Notes: generated from the letters alone by a model not told the origin. A DNA stretch of 43,465 bases from an uncultured Gammaproteobacteria bacterium (GCA_964585245.1 CAZPCV010000003.1:3652-47116), one strand, 5' to 3'; numbered from the stretch's first letter, positions 1-8,974 are shown. Program-made: numbers and translations.

Positions 1-1140
1 AACTGGGCGGGCGTTGATAAGTTTGTTCGGGGTGAGCTGCGCCATTTCGTAGGTGCTCATGCGATCTTTGATGATACGTTCCATGCGTGACAACCCGATA
101 CGGAAACGATTCTGGGCCAATTCACCAACCGCGCGGATACGACGGTTGCCGAGGTGGTCAACATCATCCGGTTCTTCTTGGGTTACGTTCAGACGTACCA
201 CTTCTTTCAAAACCGACAATAATTTTTCTGGAGACAGCACGCGGAACTCTTTCTTTTCGTAATCCGCATCAGTTAAATTCTGATCAAATTTGGTATTGAA
301 TTTATAGACACCAACGCGGCCCAAATCGTAGCGATCGAAATTGAAGAACATGGCGTAAATCAGGCTCTTGGCATTATCGGCGGTAGCGAGATCGCCCGGG
401 CGAATACGTTTGTAGACTTCGATCAAACCTTCTTCCATGCTTTTAGCCAAATCTTTTTTGAGGGTCGCTTCTACGTAATCAACACGAGGATGAGTGTTTA
501 CGCCCGCGAACAATTCTTTAATCTGTTCGTCGGTTTCATAGCCAAACGCACGCAAGAGCGAGGTGGCAGCAACTTTACGTTTGCGATCTACTTTGATCCA
601 CATCACGTTGCTGCTATCAGTCTCAACTTCGATCCAAGCGCCACGATTCGGAATGATTTTCGCTCCATAGTAACGGCGTCCGCGTACATTTTCGGCAGTG
701 AAGAAAGCGCCAGCGCTGCGGATGAACTGTGACACAACGACACGCTCGATACCATTGATAATAAAGGTGCCGCGGGTCGTCATGAGAGGCACGTCGCCCA
801 AATAGATTTCCTGGGATTTGCTTTGTTTGTCGCGTTTGTTTACAAGGCGAGTGACCACGCGCAGCGGGGCCTCGTAGGTAATGTTGCGTTCACGGCAGGT
901 GACTTCGTCAAAACGCGGCTCGTCGAGATAATAATTTTCGAGCGACAATTCCAAATCACGGCCGGTGAAATCAGTGATCGGCGACACTTCCTCAAACAGT
1001 TCTTTGATACCTTGTTTCAAAAACCAGTCGTAGGAATTTTTTTGCAATTCAATCAAATCAGGCAGCGGCTGACGGCTCTTAGGCGAATTCATGAATTTGC
1101 GGTCCGCATCACGAATCGGTTGATGTTTGAATAACGGCAT
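1..1140 (-). CDS. rpoB: RNA polymerase beta subunit, N-terminal 380 codons (rest lies beyond the left edge)
   Basis: Hand translation of the minus strand from ATG (complement of 1138-1140) gives MPLFKHQPIRDADRKFMNSPKSRQPLPDLIELQKNSYDWFL...TRGTFIINGIERVVVSQ...DHLGNRRIRAVGEL, open to base 1. It is missing from the ORF track because no stop lies in the window. The + strand ORFs at 53-1134 are antisense shadows. Confidence 0.93.
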   Translation of the reverse strand, partial: MPLFKHQPIRDADRKFMNSPKSRQPLPDLIELQKNSYDWFLKQGIKELFEEVSPITDFTGRDLELSLENYYLDEPRFDEVTCRERNITYEAPLRVVTRLVNKRDKQSKSQEIYLGDVPLMTTRGTFIINGIERVVVSQFIRSAGAFFTAENVRGRRYYGAKIIPNRGAWIEVETDSSNVMWIKVDRKRKVAATSLLRAFGYETDEQIKELFAGVNTHPRVDYVEATLKKDLAKSMEEGLIEVYKRIRPGDLATADNAKSLIYAMFFNFDRYDLGRVGVYKFNTKFDQNLTDADYEKKEFRVLSPEKLLSVLKEVVRLNVTQEEPDDVDHLGNRRIRAVGELAQNRFRIGLSRMERIIKDRMSTYEMAQLTPNKLINARPV

Positions 1141-1387
1141 AGGCTAACTTTAGTTAAGAAGCAAACACTCGCTTACATAAAGCGACAGTTCGGGCCTCAA
1201 CTTAATTTTGAGCACAAACAAAAAAACAGGTTTTTGGGGTAAACCGTTATTGTTATGACCGAAGTAACTGGGGAGCGATTGACATTCTATGGGGTAAATA
1301 GATTATCGCACCTTGCAAAAGTTGTCTTTTTGGCTAGAATAAGACATTTATCCGGTCATCTAGCCGAAGCCAATACAAAGTAGTTCG

Positions 1388-1416
1388 ATTTTACCTTTAT
1401 ATATAAGGATTGTCAA
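1388..1416 (-). promoter_or_regulatory. sigma70-type promoter facing rpoB
   Basis: The minus strand reads TTGACA (1416-1411), 17 nt, TAAAAT (1393-1388). This implies an rpoB leader of about 245 nt. Confidence 0.4.
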
Positions 1417-1524
1417 CAGCAGCAAGTTGTGGGTAAATTGTCAATATTTAAACACATTTTTGGCTTATTTTAGATTAAATACTGTATTATTTAAAAAATA
1501 GCATTGGAGTTATGCACAATTAAA

Positions 1525-1557
1525 AACAACCCCTTTTTCAAGGAGTTGTTTTATTTT
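1525..1557 (-). terminator. bidirectional intrinsic-terminator-like hairpin
   Basis: AACAACCCC (1525-1533) pairs with GGAGTTGTT (1542-1550) with one mismatch. An A-run lies before it and a T-run after, so it works on either strand. It lies downstream of the minus-strand ORF 1664-2014. Confidence 0.5.
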
Positions 1558-1567
1558 GTGCGCTAAC

Positions 1568-1627
1568 TTCACCTGAAACTGCTTTTTTTCTCAATTTTTT
1601 AAGAAAAAAAGTGGGATTCAGGTCGAA
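1568..1627. repeat. 60-nt compound inverted repeat at the 3' junction of GC islet 1
   Basis: Outer arms are TTCACCTGAA (1568-1577) and TTCAGGTCGAA (1617-1627), with one bulge. Inner arms are TTTTTTTCT (1583-1591) and AGAAAAAAA (1602-1610), a perfect match. Confidence 0.6.
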
Positions 1628-1663
1628 GTTTTGGCGATGCCCACCTCATCACCAACAATGAAC

Positions 1664-2014
1664 TCACGCCTGTGGCGGCTTCCGGCCGCCGAACAAGGTC
1701 TCGTTGATGCTGGCCTCAGTCGAGACCAGCTCCTCCCCCACGATCACCTGGTGGAGGAGATGGGCCTCCTCACCCACCAGCTCCACCACCACACGCTCAC
1801 TGCGCTGTGGCAACCCGGCCATCTGCGCGTGAACGACTGTAGTGGCAATGTCTGGCAGATTTAACTCCGCCTGCCGCCTCGCGAGCTGGAGGCACAGGTC
1901 CTCCAACGAGAAACAAATCAAAATCAAAATTGTCTTGCCTTTCTCGCCGACCGTAAACACGGCCGCGAGATCTTTACGAACTGTATAAAACTCGAGATTT
2001 TTTTTCCGTTCCAT
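1664..2014 (-). CDS. hypothetical protein (116 aa) in GC-rich islet 1
   Basis: ORF track 1664-2017. The ATG at 2012-2014 is preceded by AAGGAGGG at 6 nt spacing. G+C was hand-counted at 39/60 for 1741-1800. No family was recognised. Confidence 0.55.
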   Translation of the reverse strand: MERKKNLEFYTVRKDLAAVFTVGEKGKTILILICFSLEDLCLQLARRQAELNLPDIATTVVHAQMAGLPQRSERVVVELVGEEAHLLHQVIVGEELVSTEASINETLFGGRKPPQA

Positions 2015-2101
2015 CACAGCCCTCCTTACACCCTTACTACAGCTTATTTTTTACAAAATGTCAATATTTGCAGTCTAAAAAATACGCACACAACTCGCCC
2101 C

Positions 2102-2129
2102 TTGACGTATTTTTTTAAAAGACTAAAAT
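2102..2129 (+). promoter_or_regulatory. sigma70-type promoter of an ORF-poor transcription unit
   Basis: TTGACG (2102-2107), 16 nt, TAAAAT (2124-2129). Confidence 0.35.
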
Positions 2130-2135
2130 TAGTCA

Positions 2136-2357
2136 GTCACAAATAATTTCTAACCTTGTTTCCCTGCGACGCTGCGATAGAGTTGATGTTTCAACCGGAT
2201 CGGATTTTTAAAGACACTCTCTCCTACCAAATAAACAACACGCTTGTTTTTTGGTCGACGTTTTTGAAATTAGATTCGTAAGCTAAAACCTGCAACGCTA
2301 TTCGCAGCCTCGCGGTGAAATAATCCAAAAAACTCAACAATTTTTGTTGAGTTTTTA
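2136..2357 (+). ncRNA. candidate structured small RNA (about 220 nt), class unknown
   Basis: Bounded by the promoter at 2102-2129 and a terminator: AACTCAACAA (2331-2340), TTT loop, TTGTTGAGTT (2344-2353), then a T-run. A long-range helix pairs GCGACGCTGCGATAG (2166-2180) with CTATTCGCAGCCTCGC (2298-2313). Only a 31-codon ORF (2186-2281) lies inside. Confidence 0.3.
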
Positions 2358-2384
2358 TTTAAATAATTAATTGTGCTGAGTGAT

Positions 2385-2503
2385 GTTACTTTTTATCACT
2401 AAAAAGTAACCAAAAAGTCCTGGAGGGTTTCTGAACTCGCTATTGGAACATAGGAAAATACTATTCTGTCTATTCTAGACGCTCACACAGCAGAAACCCC
2501 CAG
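2385..2503. other. structured intergenic element (two strong helices)
   Basis: A perfect 11-bp hairpin pairs GTTACTTTTTA (2385-2395) with TAAAAAGTAAC (2400-2410). A 13-bp long-range helix pairs CTGGAGGGTTTCTG (2420-2433) with CAGAAACCCCCAG (2491-2503). Confidence 0.3.
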
Positions 2504-2583
2504 ACCCCCGGGTACTACTGGTGCAAGTTAATTAATATCTACCCAGATTGGCATATTTTCCTATGACAGTTCGAGCGTTTTTG

Positions 2584-2592
2584 TGTTATAAT
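2584..2592 (+). promoter_or_regulatory. extended -10 element upstream of ftsK
   Basis: TGTTATAAT matches TGnTATAAT, 62 nt upstream of the ftsK ATG. Confidence 0.4.
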
Positions 2593-2654
2593 GTATTTTC
2601 AAAACTTTTTATCCCCCTGTTTACTACCAACTAGCTCCTAACTTTTCGCCCCGT

Positions 2655-5048
2655 ATGTCCCGCCACCGTGCCCGCCAACCGTCGCTTTGGGAACGCATCG
2701 ACTTGAACCCCGAAATAAATCGCGGCTTGTTGGCTATTTTATTGGTCGTAACCGCTATTGTCTGTGCCCTTAGCTTTTTTAACCTCGCGGGTGTAGCCGG
2801 GCAATTTATCGACGCTTTGCTAATTTTTATTTTTGGCAAAGTCCGCTACGTTTTCCCCTTGATTTTAATTACGGTTGCATATCTCATGACCCGGCGGGCT
2901 GATTATGACTATCGCCCCACTCATTGGCTGGGAAGTATTCTGTTTTTTTTAAGTTTCAACGGCATCGTACAATTAAGTGATCCTTCCTATGACCGCATTA
3001 TTACCGGCGATGGCGGCGGCGGATTGATTGGTTTTATCCTGGCCTACCCGCTCTCTATCTACATCGGCTACTGGGGCGGTCTCGCCATCTTGATCGGCCT
3101 ACTCATTACCGCGATTATATTTTTGTTCAATACCACGCTCGCCGAACTCATCGATTTACATCGTAAATTGTTTTTGGCCTTGGGTTTTGTCGGCAAACAC
3201 ATTTTATTATTTTTTGGCATCTTCAAACGAGCCTCCCCCACCACCCAAGCAGCAGACACTTCTTTCGAGCGTTCCTTTGTACGCGGTAAACTAGGCAAAC
3301 AGTCCGAGGCCGAAGACGAAGAAGAGATTGAAGAAACAGATGATGAAGAAGAAAGTAACGACGACAAACCCACAATTAAAAAATCCTCTGAATTTGTACG
3401 ACCCAAAATTACTACGCCCACTCCGCCTATCATGCCCATTAACAAACCGGCGCCTGTGTATCGCGATTTACCGCCGTTTGATTTATTAAACACCTCTAAA
3501 AGCAAACCCACCTCCGGTGATATCGAAGAAAATGGCAAAATCATTGCCGACACATTCAAAAACTTCGGCATTGATGTGGAAATGGCAGATGTGCGGGTAG
3601 GGCCCACCGTTACCCAATATTCGTTGCATCCAGCCAAAGGCGTGAAGCTCACCCGCATTACGGCCTTAAATAATGATCTGGCGCTCGCGCTAGCCGCGCA
3701 CCCAATTCGCATCGAAGCCCCTATTCCTGGTAAATCACTGGTCGGTATAGAGGTACCAAATGAAAAGGTGGCGATGGTAAGTTTGCGCGAACTACTCGAA
3801 AGCCCGGAATTCCAGGGCCGCAAACATAATATGCAGGTGGCGCTTGGCAAAGACGTGGCGGGCAAGGTATGGCTGGGTGATTTACCACGTATGCCACATT
3901 TGCTTATTGCCGGGGCAACCGGAGCCGGGAAAACCGTAGGTATAAATACAATTATTTTAAGTTTGTTATACCAAAATACCCCGGCCACGTTGCGCTTCAT
4001 CATGGTTGATCCTAAACGGGTAGAATTAACCCTCTATAACGGCATCCCGCATTTATTGACGCCGGTTATTACCGATGCCCTAAAAACCGTCAATGCGCTC
4101 AAATGGACTATCCAAGAAATGGAACGACGCTTCGATGTGCTCGCAGCTGCCGGCAAACGCGATATTCTGTCGTATAATGAAAAGGCAGCTGAACCACTCC
4201 CCTACCTGGTATTTGTGATCGACGAACTGGCGGATTTGATGGCTACATCTTCGAGTGAAGTCGAAGGCGGAATTATTCGCATCGCCCAGATGGCCCGCGC
4301 CGTAGGTATTCACCTGATTGTTGCCACTCAGCGGCCGAGTGTGGAAGTTATTACCGGCCTCATGAAGGCTAATATCCCAGGGCGCGTAGCCTTCTCGGTA
4401 GCGTCTCTCATTGATTCACGCACCATTTTAGATTGCCCAGGAGCCGAGCAGCTTCTTGGTCGCGGTGATATGTTGTTTTTGACCGCAGAACTTTCAAAAC
4501 CAAAACGTATACAAGGAGCGTATGTATCGGAAGAAGAAATGAAACGTGTCATTGATTACCTGAAAGGCGACGAGCCGCCAGTGTATGACGAAACCATCGT
4601 CTCTAAAGGCGGAGCGTCCGGTAGCGGCACGGCCAACCTTTTTGGCGGGCCGAGTGACGATCAAGACCCTTTATTTAACGAAGCGAAACAACTTATTTTG
4701 GAAAGTGGCAAAGCCAGCGCTTCACTATTACAGCGCCGGATGAAAGTGGGCTATGCCCGCGCCGCGCGCTTGCTTGACGAACTAGAAGAGGCTGGTATAG
4801 TAGGTCCGGCAGACGGAGCGAAACCACGCGAAGTATTTACCGAACATTTAGAAGACGCGCCAGAAATGCCTGCCGAAGAACAGACGATGGATTTGGGCGG
4901 CTCGGTATTCGATGCACCAGCCCCGCCAACAGAGGCACAACCTGAAAACTCTGCAATCGAGACGACTGAGCCTACGACTACAGAGTCTGCGGAACCAGCC
5001 AAGAAAAAAGACGAAGACAGTGACGATGATTTCTTTGTTTCATTATAA
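2655..5048 (+). CDS. ftsK: DNA translocase FtsK/SpoIIIE
   Basis: 797-aa ORF with N-terminal TM helices and an acidic linker. Walker A is GATGAGKT and Walker B region is LVFVIDELADL. It also has RAVGIHLIVATQRPS and a C-terminal gamma-like winged helix (SASLLQRRMKVGYARAARLLDELEEAGIVG). Confidence 0.93.
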   Translation: MSRHRARQPSLWERIDLNPEINRGLLAILLVVTAIVCALSFFNLAGVAGQFIDALLIFIFGKVRYVFPLILITVAYLMTRRADYDYRPTHWLGSILFFLSFNGIVQLSDPSYDRIITGDGGGGLIGFILAYPLSIYIGYWGGLAILIGLLITAIIFLFNTTLAELIDLHRKLFLALGFVGKHILLFFGIFKRASPTTQAADTSFERSFVRGKLGKQSEAEDEEEIEETDDEEESNDDKPTIKKSSEFVRPKITTPTPPIMPINKPAPVYRDLPPFDLLNTSKSKPTSGDIEENGKIIADTFKNFGIDVEMADVRVGPTVTQYSLHPAKGVKLTRITALNNDLALALAAHPIRIEAPIPGKSLVGIEVPNEKVAMVSLRELLESPEFQGRKHNMQVALGKDVAGKVWLGDLPRMPHLLIAGATGAGKTVGINTIILSLLYQNTPATLRFIMVDPKRVELTLYNGIPHLLTPVITDALKTVNALKWTIQEMERRFDVLAAAGKRDILSYNEKAAEPLPYLVFVIDELADLMATSSSEVEGGIIRIAQMARAVGIHLIVATQRPSVEVITGLMKANIPGRVAFSVASLIDSRTILDCPGAEQLLGRGDMLFLTAELSKPKRIQGAYVSEEEMKRVIDYLKGDEPPVYDETIVSKGGASGSGTANLFGGPSDDQDPLFNEAKQLILESGKASASLLQRRMKVGYARAARLLDELEEAGIVGPADGAKPREVFTEHLEDAPEMPAEEQTMDLGGSVFDAPAPPTEAQPENSAIETTEPTTTESAEPAKKKDEDSDDDFFVSL

Positions 5049-5053
5049 GCGTT

Positions 5054-5749
5054 ATGGCAATTTTTTGTTTCAAAACTCTGTCTCACACCAAACGCTTGAT
5101 GCACGATCTGGCTGATGCCAGGAATAAGCACGGCTGGAGCATAGAAGAATTAAGTGCCAAAACTCATCTGCCGGTTAAATATATTATGGCCCTAGAACGA
5201 GGCGCTTTTCACGAGTTGCCACCCACCAAAACGTTCCGCTTATCATATGTTCGGGCGCTGGCCACCGCCCTTGAGCTTGACCCGGAAGTGTGTATCGCCC
5301 AATTCATACAACAAAATGGTTTGGCAGATTTAAAAATGGTCCACCCGCGCACCGAGCTACCACGCCTACCTTTCAACTCCGTCAGTATTTTTGTACGAAA
5401 TTTAATTGGGGGGTTTGCTGTATTATTACTGGTGGGGTATCTGGGCTGGCAGGTGAAGGGGATTTTACAGCCGCCTAAATTAACAGTATTTTATCCGCTC
5501 GAAGGCGCGATCGTGAACGATTTGAACACGACCATCGCCGGACAAACCGAGGCCGAAACTAAATTATCGATCAACGGTCAGGAAGTATTGTTAAATAATC
5601 AAGGTTTATTTTCCGTGCCGGTTGACCTGACGAATGGACTCAACACCGTAGTTATTTCCGCCATGCGTAAACACGGTAAAACTACTGTAGTCACAAGGCA
5701 TCTGATCGCCCGCTCAAAAAATACGGTGACACTAAAGAATAAAGAATAA
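5054..5749 (+). CDS. RodZ-like HTH membrane protein
   Basis: HTH segment WSIEELSAKTHLPVKYIMALERGAFHELP, one TM helix (FAVLLLVGYLGW) and a beta-rich C-terminal domain. The start may instead be the ATG at 5099. Confidence 0.55.
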   Translation: MAIFCFKTLSHTKRLMHDLADARNKHGWSIEELSAKTHLPVKYIMALERGAFHELPPTKTFRLSYVRALATALELDPEVCIAQFIQQNGLADLKMVHPRTELPRLPFNSVSIFVRNLIGGFAVLLLVGYLGWQVKGILQPPKLTVFYPLEGAIVNDLNTTIAGQTEAETKLSINGQEVLLNNQGLFSVPVDLTNGLNTVVISAMRKHGKTTVVTRHLIARSKNTVTLKNKE

Positions 5750-5819
5750 GAAATGAGGAATCAAGCAGCTGTACTTTCTTGATTTTTTACTCCTGATTCT
5801 TAATTCATATACCTATTGT

Positions 5820-6902
5820 ATGCCAAAAGCGACGATATCGGAGGAAGTCAAAGAAAAACTGAAAGCAGCTGAAACAGCTATCGAACAGATCAAAAGCCGA
5901 TTTGGCGATGGAGCGATCATGAAATTTGGTGAAGCAAAAGCCATGCAGGTAGAGGCAGTGCCAACTGGATGTTTGTCTCTGGATATCGCCTTGGGTGTGC
6001 GCGGCGTACCCCGGGGACGTATTATCGAAGTCTATGGGCCCGAAGCCAGTGGTAAAACCACGCTCGCTCAACACATTGTATCAGAAGTGCAAAAACTGGG
6101 CGGTATCGCAGCCTTTGTGGATGCCGAACACGCTCTTGATCCGGATTATGCCAAGAAAATCGGCGTGAAAGTAGATGAATTATTAATCTCTCAACCCGAT
6201 ACCGGGGAACAAGCACTCGAAATCGTCGAGACGTTGGTCCGCTCGAACGCGGTTGATGTCGTTGTCGTCGACTCGGTGGCCGCTCTCGTGCCGAAAGCCG
6301 AAATCGAAGGAGAAATGGGCGATTCGCATATGGGTCTGCAGGCCCGCCTGATGAGCCAGGCACTGCGCAAACTTACTGGTATCGTCAGCAAATCCAAGAC
6401 GTTGGTTATTTTCATCAACCAGACGCGTCAAAAAATCGGTATCGTCTTTGGCAATCCCGAAACCACCACCGGTGGAGTCGCTCTTAAATTTTATTCTTCG
6501 GTTCGTATCGAAGTCCGCCGTGCCGCGCAAATCAAACAGGGCGACAAAATTATCGGCAACCGCGTAAAGGTAAAAATCGTGAAGAATAAAGTAGCCGCAC
6601 CGTTCCGCACCTGTGAATTCGATATCATGTATAACGAAGGTATTTCTGTTGCCGGTGATATCCTTGATGTGGCGACACTTTACAAAGTAATCGACAAAAA
6701 AGGTAATTCCTATTTATTCGGTGAGGAAAAATTAGGCGTTGGTCGCGAAAATGCCAAAACCTTCTTGAAAGAACACCAGCCAGTTTTGAATAAAATCAAA
6801 AAACAAGTCTGGGAAGTGGTAGAACGCGGCGATGCACCAGATGAGGAGCCGGGTGAAAAAGGGAAAGAAACCAGCAGCGAAGAAGTACCGCCGCTCGAAT
6901 AG
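5820..6902 (+). CDS. recA: recombinase RecA
   Basis: [17 protein letters not shown] (Walker A), [11 protein letters not shown] and VVVDSVAAL, a full-length RecA pattern. Confidence 0.97.
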   Translation: MPKATISEEVKEKLKAAETAIEQIKSRFGDGAIMKFGEAKAMQVEAVPTGCLSLDIALGVRGVPRGRIIEVYGPEASGKTTLAQHIVSEVQKLGGIAAFVDAEHALDPDYAKKIGVKVDELLISQPDTGEQALEIVETLVRSNAVDVVVVDSVAALVPKAEIEGEMGDSHMGLQARLMSQALRKLTGIVSKSKTLVIFINQTRQKIGIVFGNPETTTGGVALKFYSSVRIEVRRAAQIKQGDKIIGNRVKVKIVKNKVAAPFRTCEFDIMYNEGISVAGDILDVATLYKVIDKKGNSYLFGEEKLGVGRENAKTFLKEHQPVLNKIKKQVWEVVERGDAPDEEPGEKGKETSSEEVPPLE

Positions 6903-6936
6903 TATTTTTTTATTAATTTTAGTGTAATTTTATTTT

Positions 6937-7698
6937 ATGGATCACCAAACATCCAACGCAATGAATTCCGGCTCCTGGCTGCAAGGATTGTCTCCCAAAG
7001 CTTCATTAATGATGGGCTTTTTGGGGGCTTTCAGCTTATTGTCGCTCGCTGGCAACATTGTGCTCGGCACCTTATTTTTTAAAGGCGTAGCCATCATGGG
7101 CGGCACCCCAGTAGCAGGACAACCGACCGTAATAAACAACCAACAACCAACTGACGACAACACACCGCCACCAATTCAAGCTTTTACTGTTACGAGCCAG
7201 GACCATGTGATTGGCCCAGCCAACGCTCCAGTAACTTTGATCGAATACTCTGATTTCCAATGCCCGTTCTGCTCACGTATTTTCCCAACTTTACAGCAAG
7301 TAGTGAAGGAATACGGCAACAAAGTTCGTTTTGTCTATCGTCATTTCCCGCTCACCAGCATTCATCCGTACGCACAAAAAGCTGCCGAAGCATCAGAATG
7401 TGCAGCCGAACAGGGTAAATTCTGGCAATTCCATGATTTGGTTTTCAGCAATCAGGAACAACTGAACCTGGAACAACTCAAGACCTGGGGCAAGCAGCTC
7501 GGCCTCAACACCAGCAAATATAATGACTGTATCGACTCGGGCAAATATGCCAAGCGCGTACAAACCGATATGCAAGAAGGTGAACAAAAAGGCGTCAGCG
7601 GCACCCCGGCCACCTTTATCAATGGCCAACTCGTAAGTGGTGCTCTGCCCTTTGAATCGTTCAAACAGATTATTGATCAGGCAATTGCCAATAAATAA
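6937..7698 (+). CDS. DsbA-like thioredoxin-fold oxidoreductase (membrane-anchored)
   Basis: N-terminal TM helix, YSDFQCPFC active site, FVYRHFPL and GVSGTPATFING. Confidence 0.85.
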   Translation: MDHQTSNAMNSGSWLQGLSPKASLMMGFLGAFSLLSLAGNIVLGTLFFKGVAIMGGTPVAGQPTVINNQQPTDDNTPPPIQAFTVTSQDHVIGPANAPVTLIEYSDFQCPFCSRIFPTLQQVVKEYGNKVRFVYRHFPLTSIHPYAQKAAEASECAAEQGKFWQFHDLVFSNQEQLNLEQLKTWGKQLGLNTSKYNDCIDSGKYAKRVQTDMQEGEQKGVSGTPATFINGQLVSGALPFESFKQIIDQAIANK

Positions 7699-7714
7699 TT
7701 TCTTTTTTGGCCGC

Positions 7715-8098
7715 ATGAAATCCGCTCTTCCAACCCCGCACCCCGAAGCGATGATTTACGAAGACAATATTTTGTATGCTTGTCTCGCTAATTTCCCGAT
7801 TGTCAAAGGCCATACCGTAGTAGTGTGGCAAAAGCCGGTTAGCGACCTGCATCTGTTGGAGAAAAAAGAGTACGAATATCTGATGGACAAAGTAGACGAG
7901 GTGCGCTCCGCCCTTCTAAAAACACTGGGAGTAAAAAAAGTCTACCTAGTGTATATGGACGAAGCCAAGCATGTGCATTGGCATCTGGTACCGCGCTATG
8001 ACGAACGGGGATATAATGTGTTCTTGCATGAACCCCAAGAGTTAAAGGATTTTTCTTTAGCCGCCAAAATTAAGAAAAATTTAATTGTTGAACTTTAA
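7715..8098 (+). CDS. HIT-family nucleotide hydrolase/transferase
   Basis: Histidine triad HVHWHLVPR. I prefer the ATG at 7715 over the track start at 7637, which overlaps the dsbA-like gene. Confidence 0.8.
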   Translation: MKSALPTPHPEAMIYEDNILYACLANFPIVKGHTVVVWQKPVSDLHLLEKKEYEYLMDKVDEVRSALLKTLGVKKVYLVYMDEAKHVHWHLVPRYDERGYNVFLHEPQELKDFSLAAKIKKNLIVEL

Positions 8099-8120
8099 CA
8101 GACAAAAATTTTACAAAAAA

Positions 8121-8148
8121 ACATCCCGATACTATCGGGATGTTTTTA
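8121..8148 (+). terminator. intrinsic terminator after the HIT gene
   Basis: ACATCCCGAT (8121-8130), ACT loop, ATCGGGATGT (8134-8143), then TTTTT. Confidence 0.7.
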
Positions 8149-8245
8149 ATTCATTGCGTTCTATATTATATAAAAATCAATGAGTTATGAGGGCGACCAG
8201 GCCTCGGGCGGGTTTCGTCGGGCGCGGACAGGCGGGCGACGGGTC

Positions 8246-8259
8246 GGGGGGGGGGGGGG
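8246..8259. repeat. G14 homopolymer (C14 on the coding strand of the islet gene)
   Basis: Counted directly: 14 consecutive G. It lies 11 nt beyond the stop codon (8271-8273) of the minus-strand islet gene. Confidence 0.9.
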
Positions 8260-8270
8260 CAAGAACGGGT

Positions 8271-8974
8271 CTAGGTTGGGATGGAGACCCCGAGCTGGAC
8301 CATCCATTCGCGGGCGTTGTGATCCCGCCAGTACTTGCGCTTGGCGTTCTCGGTGTCGCGCAGCGTCTGCTGTAGGTGGGCGTACCCCCGCTGGAGGCGC
8401 TCGCGGGCCTCATCCACACCAAGCTCGGTCGCCAGCGCCTGGCGCAGATCCGAGACGGCGGCCGAGAAATCGGAGATGGCGGCTCCGCCCAGATCACCCG
8501 CGAGGCGATCGTTCTCGGCCCCACGCCGGTGCCAGACGGCGGCGGCCACGTGATTGCCGAGGAGTTCCCCCTCCGTAATGCCCCCATGGTAACACGCGAG
8601 GCCGATCACACGATGCTTCTTCGGGCCGTCAGGGATCTGGTCGCTCAAGGTAAGGGCCAGACGCAGACTTTCCCGGAGCTTCTCTGGGTTCATCTTGGCG
8701 CCTGCGATTCGCCGCTCCCCGTTGAACCGGAAGAGGAAGGCCAGGGCCTGTTCGGCGGGACTTTCCACCTGCTCATACACCAGGCCCCAGATGCTGACCA
8801 GGATATCTGGCCGCTTATGACCCATGAGGGCTTGTTCAACTTTCTGGCCTTCGACGTCGAGAGGCCAGCTGGGGGGTCCCCCAGGAGTTTCGCCACGCCC
8901 ATCAAGTTTCTCACTTGATGGGCGACGTATGCCGCGAACTCCTCTGTGGTTAAGTTCTCAAACGAGATGGTCAT
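8271..8974 (-). pseudogene. frameshifted hypothetical gene (about 233 codons if repaired) in GC-rich islet 2
   Basis: Track ORFs 8690-9007 and 8271-8825 are two halves of one reading frame. Frame 1 gives MTISFENLTTEEFAAYVAHQVRNLMGVAKLLGDPP. The shifted frame continues SWPLDVEGQKVEQALMGHKRPDILVSIWGL..., with the switch at the GGGGACCCCCCAGC run (about 8868-8880). AAGGAGGAGGG sits 3 nt upstream of the ATG at 8972-8974. Confidence 0.6.

Noticed and set aside
53-1134. Four + strand track ORFs (53-262, 87-299, 490-732, 823-1134)
   Set aside because: They lie antisense to a continuous, clearly RpoB-like minus-strand reading frame and have no protein-like sequence of their own.
1594-2053. ATTTTTTA at 1594-1601 and 2046-2053 as a target-site duplication flanking islet 1
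   Set aside because: An A/T-only 8-mer in AT-rich spacers is expected by chance. This is much weaker evidence than the GAGTTATG pair at islet 2.
3068-4003. 311-aa minus-strand ORF inside ftsK, and other antisense ORFs inside recA, recQ, the TPR gene and others
   Set aside because: These are shadow ORFs opposite well-supported genes, with low-complexity Ser/Ala-rich translations.
8121-8143. Shared hairpin core ATCCCGA...TCGGGAT with 33151-33171 as a dispersed REP-like repeat family
   Set aside because: There are only two copies, both in terminator positions with different loops. This is most simply two ordinary terminators.
8177-8918. Multiple overlapping ORFs on both strands in islet 2; the same occurs at 35764-36476 in islet 3 and 38044-38307 in islet 4
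   Set aside because: GC-rich DNA is stop-codon poor, so long spurious frames are expected. Their translations are Arg/Gly/Pro/Ala-rich junk. Only one frame per islet has a start context and protein-like sequence.
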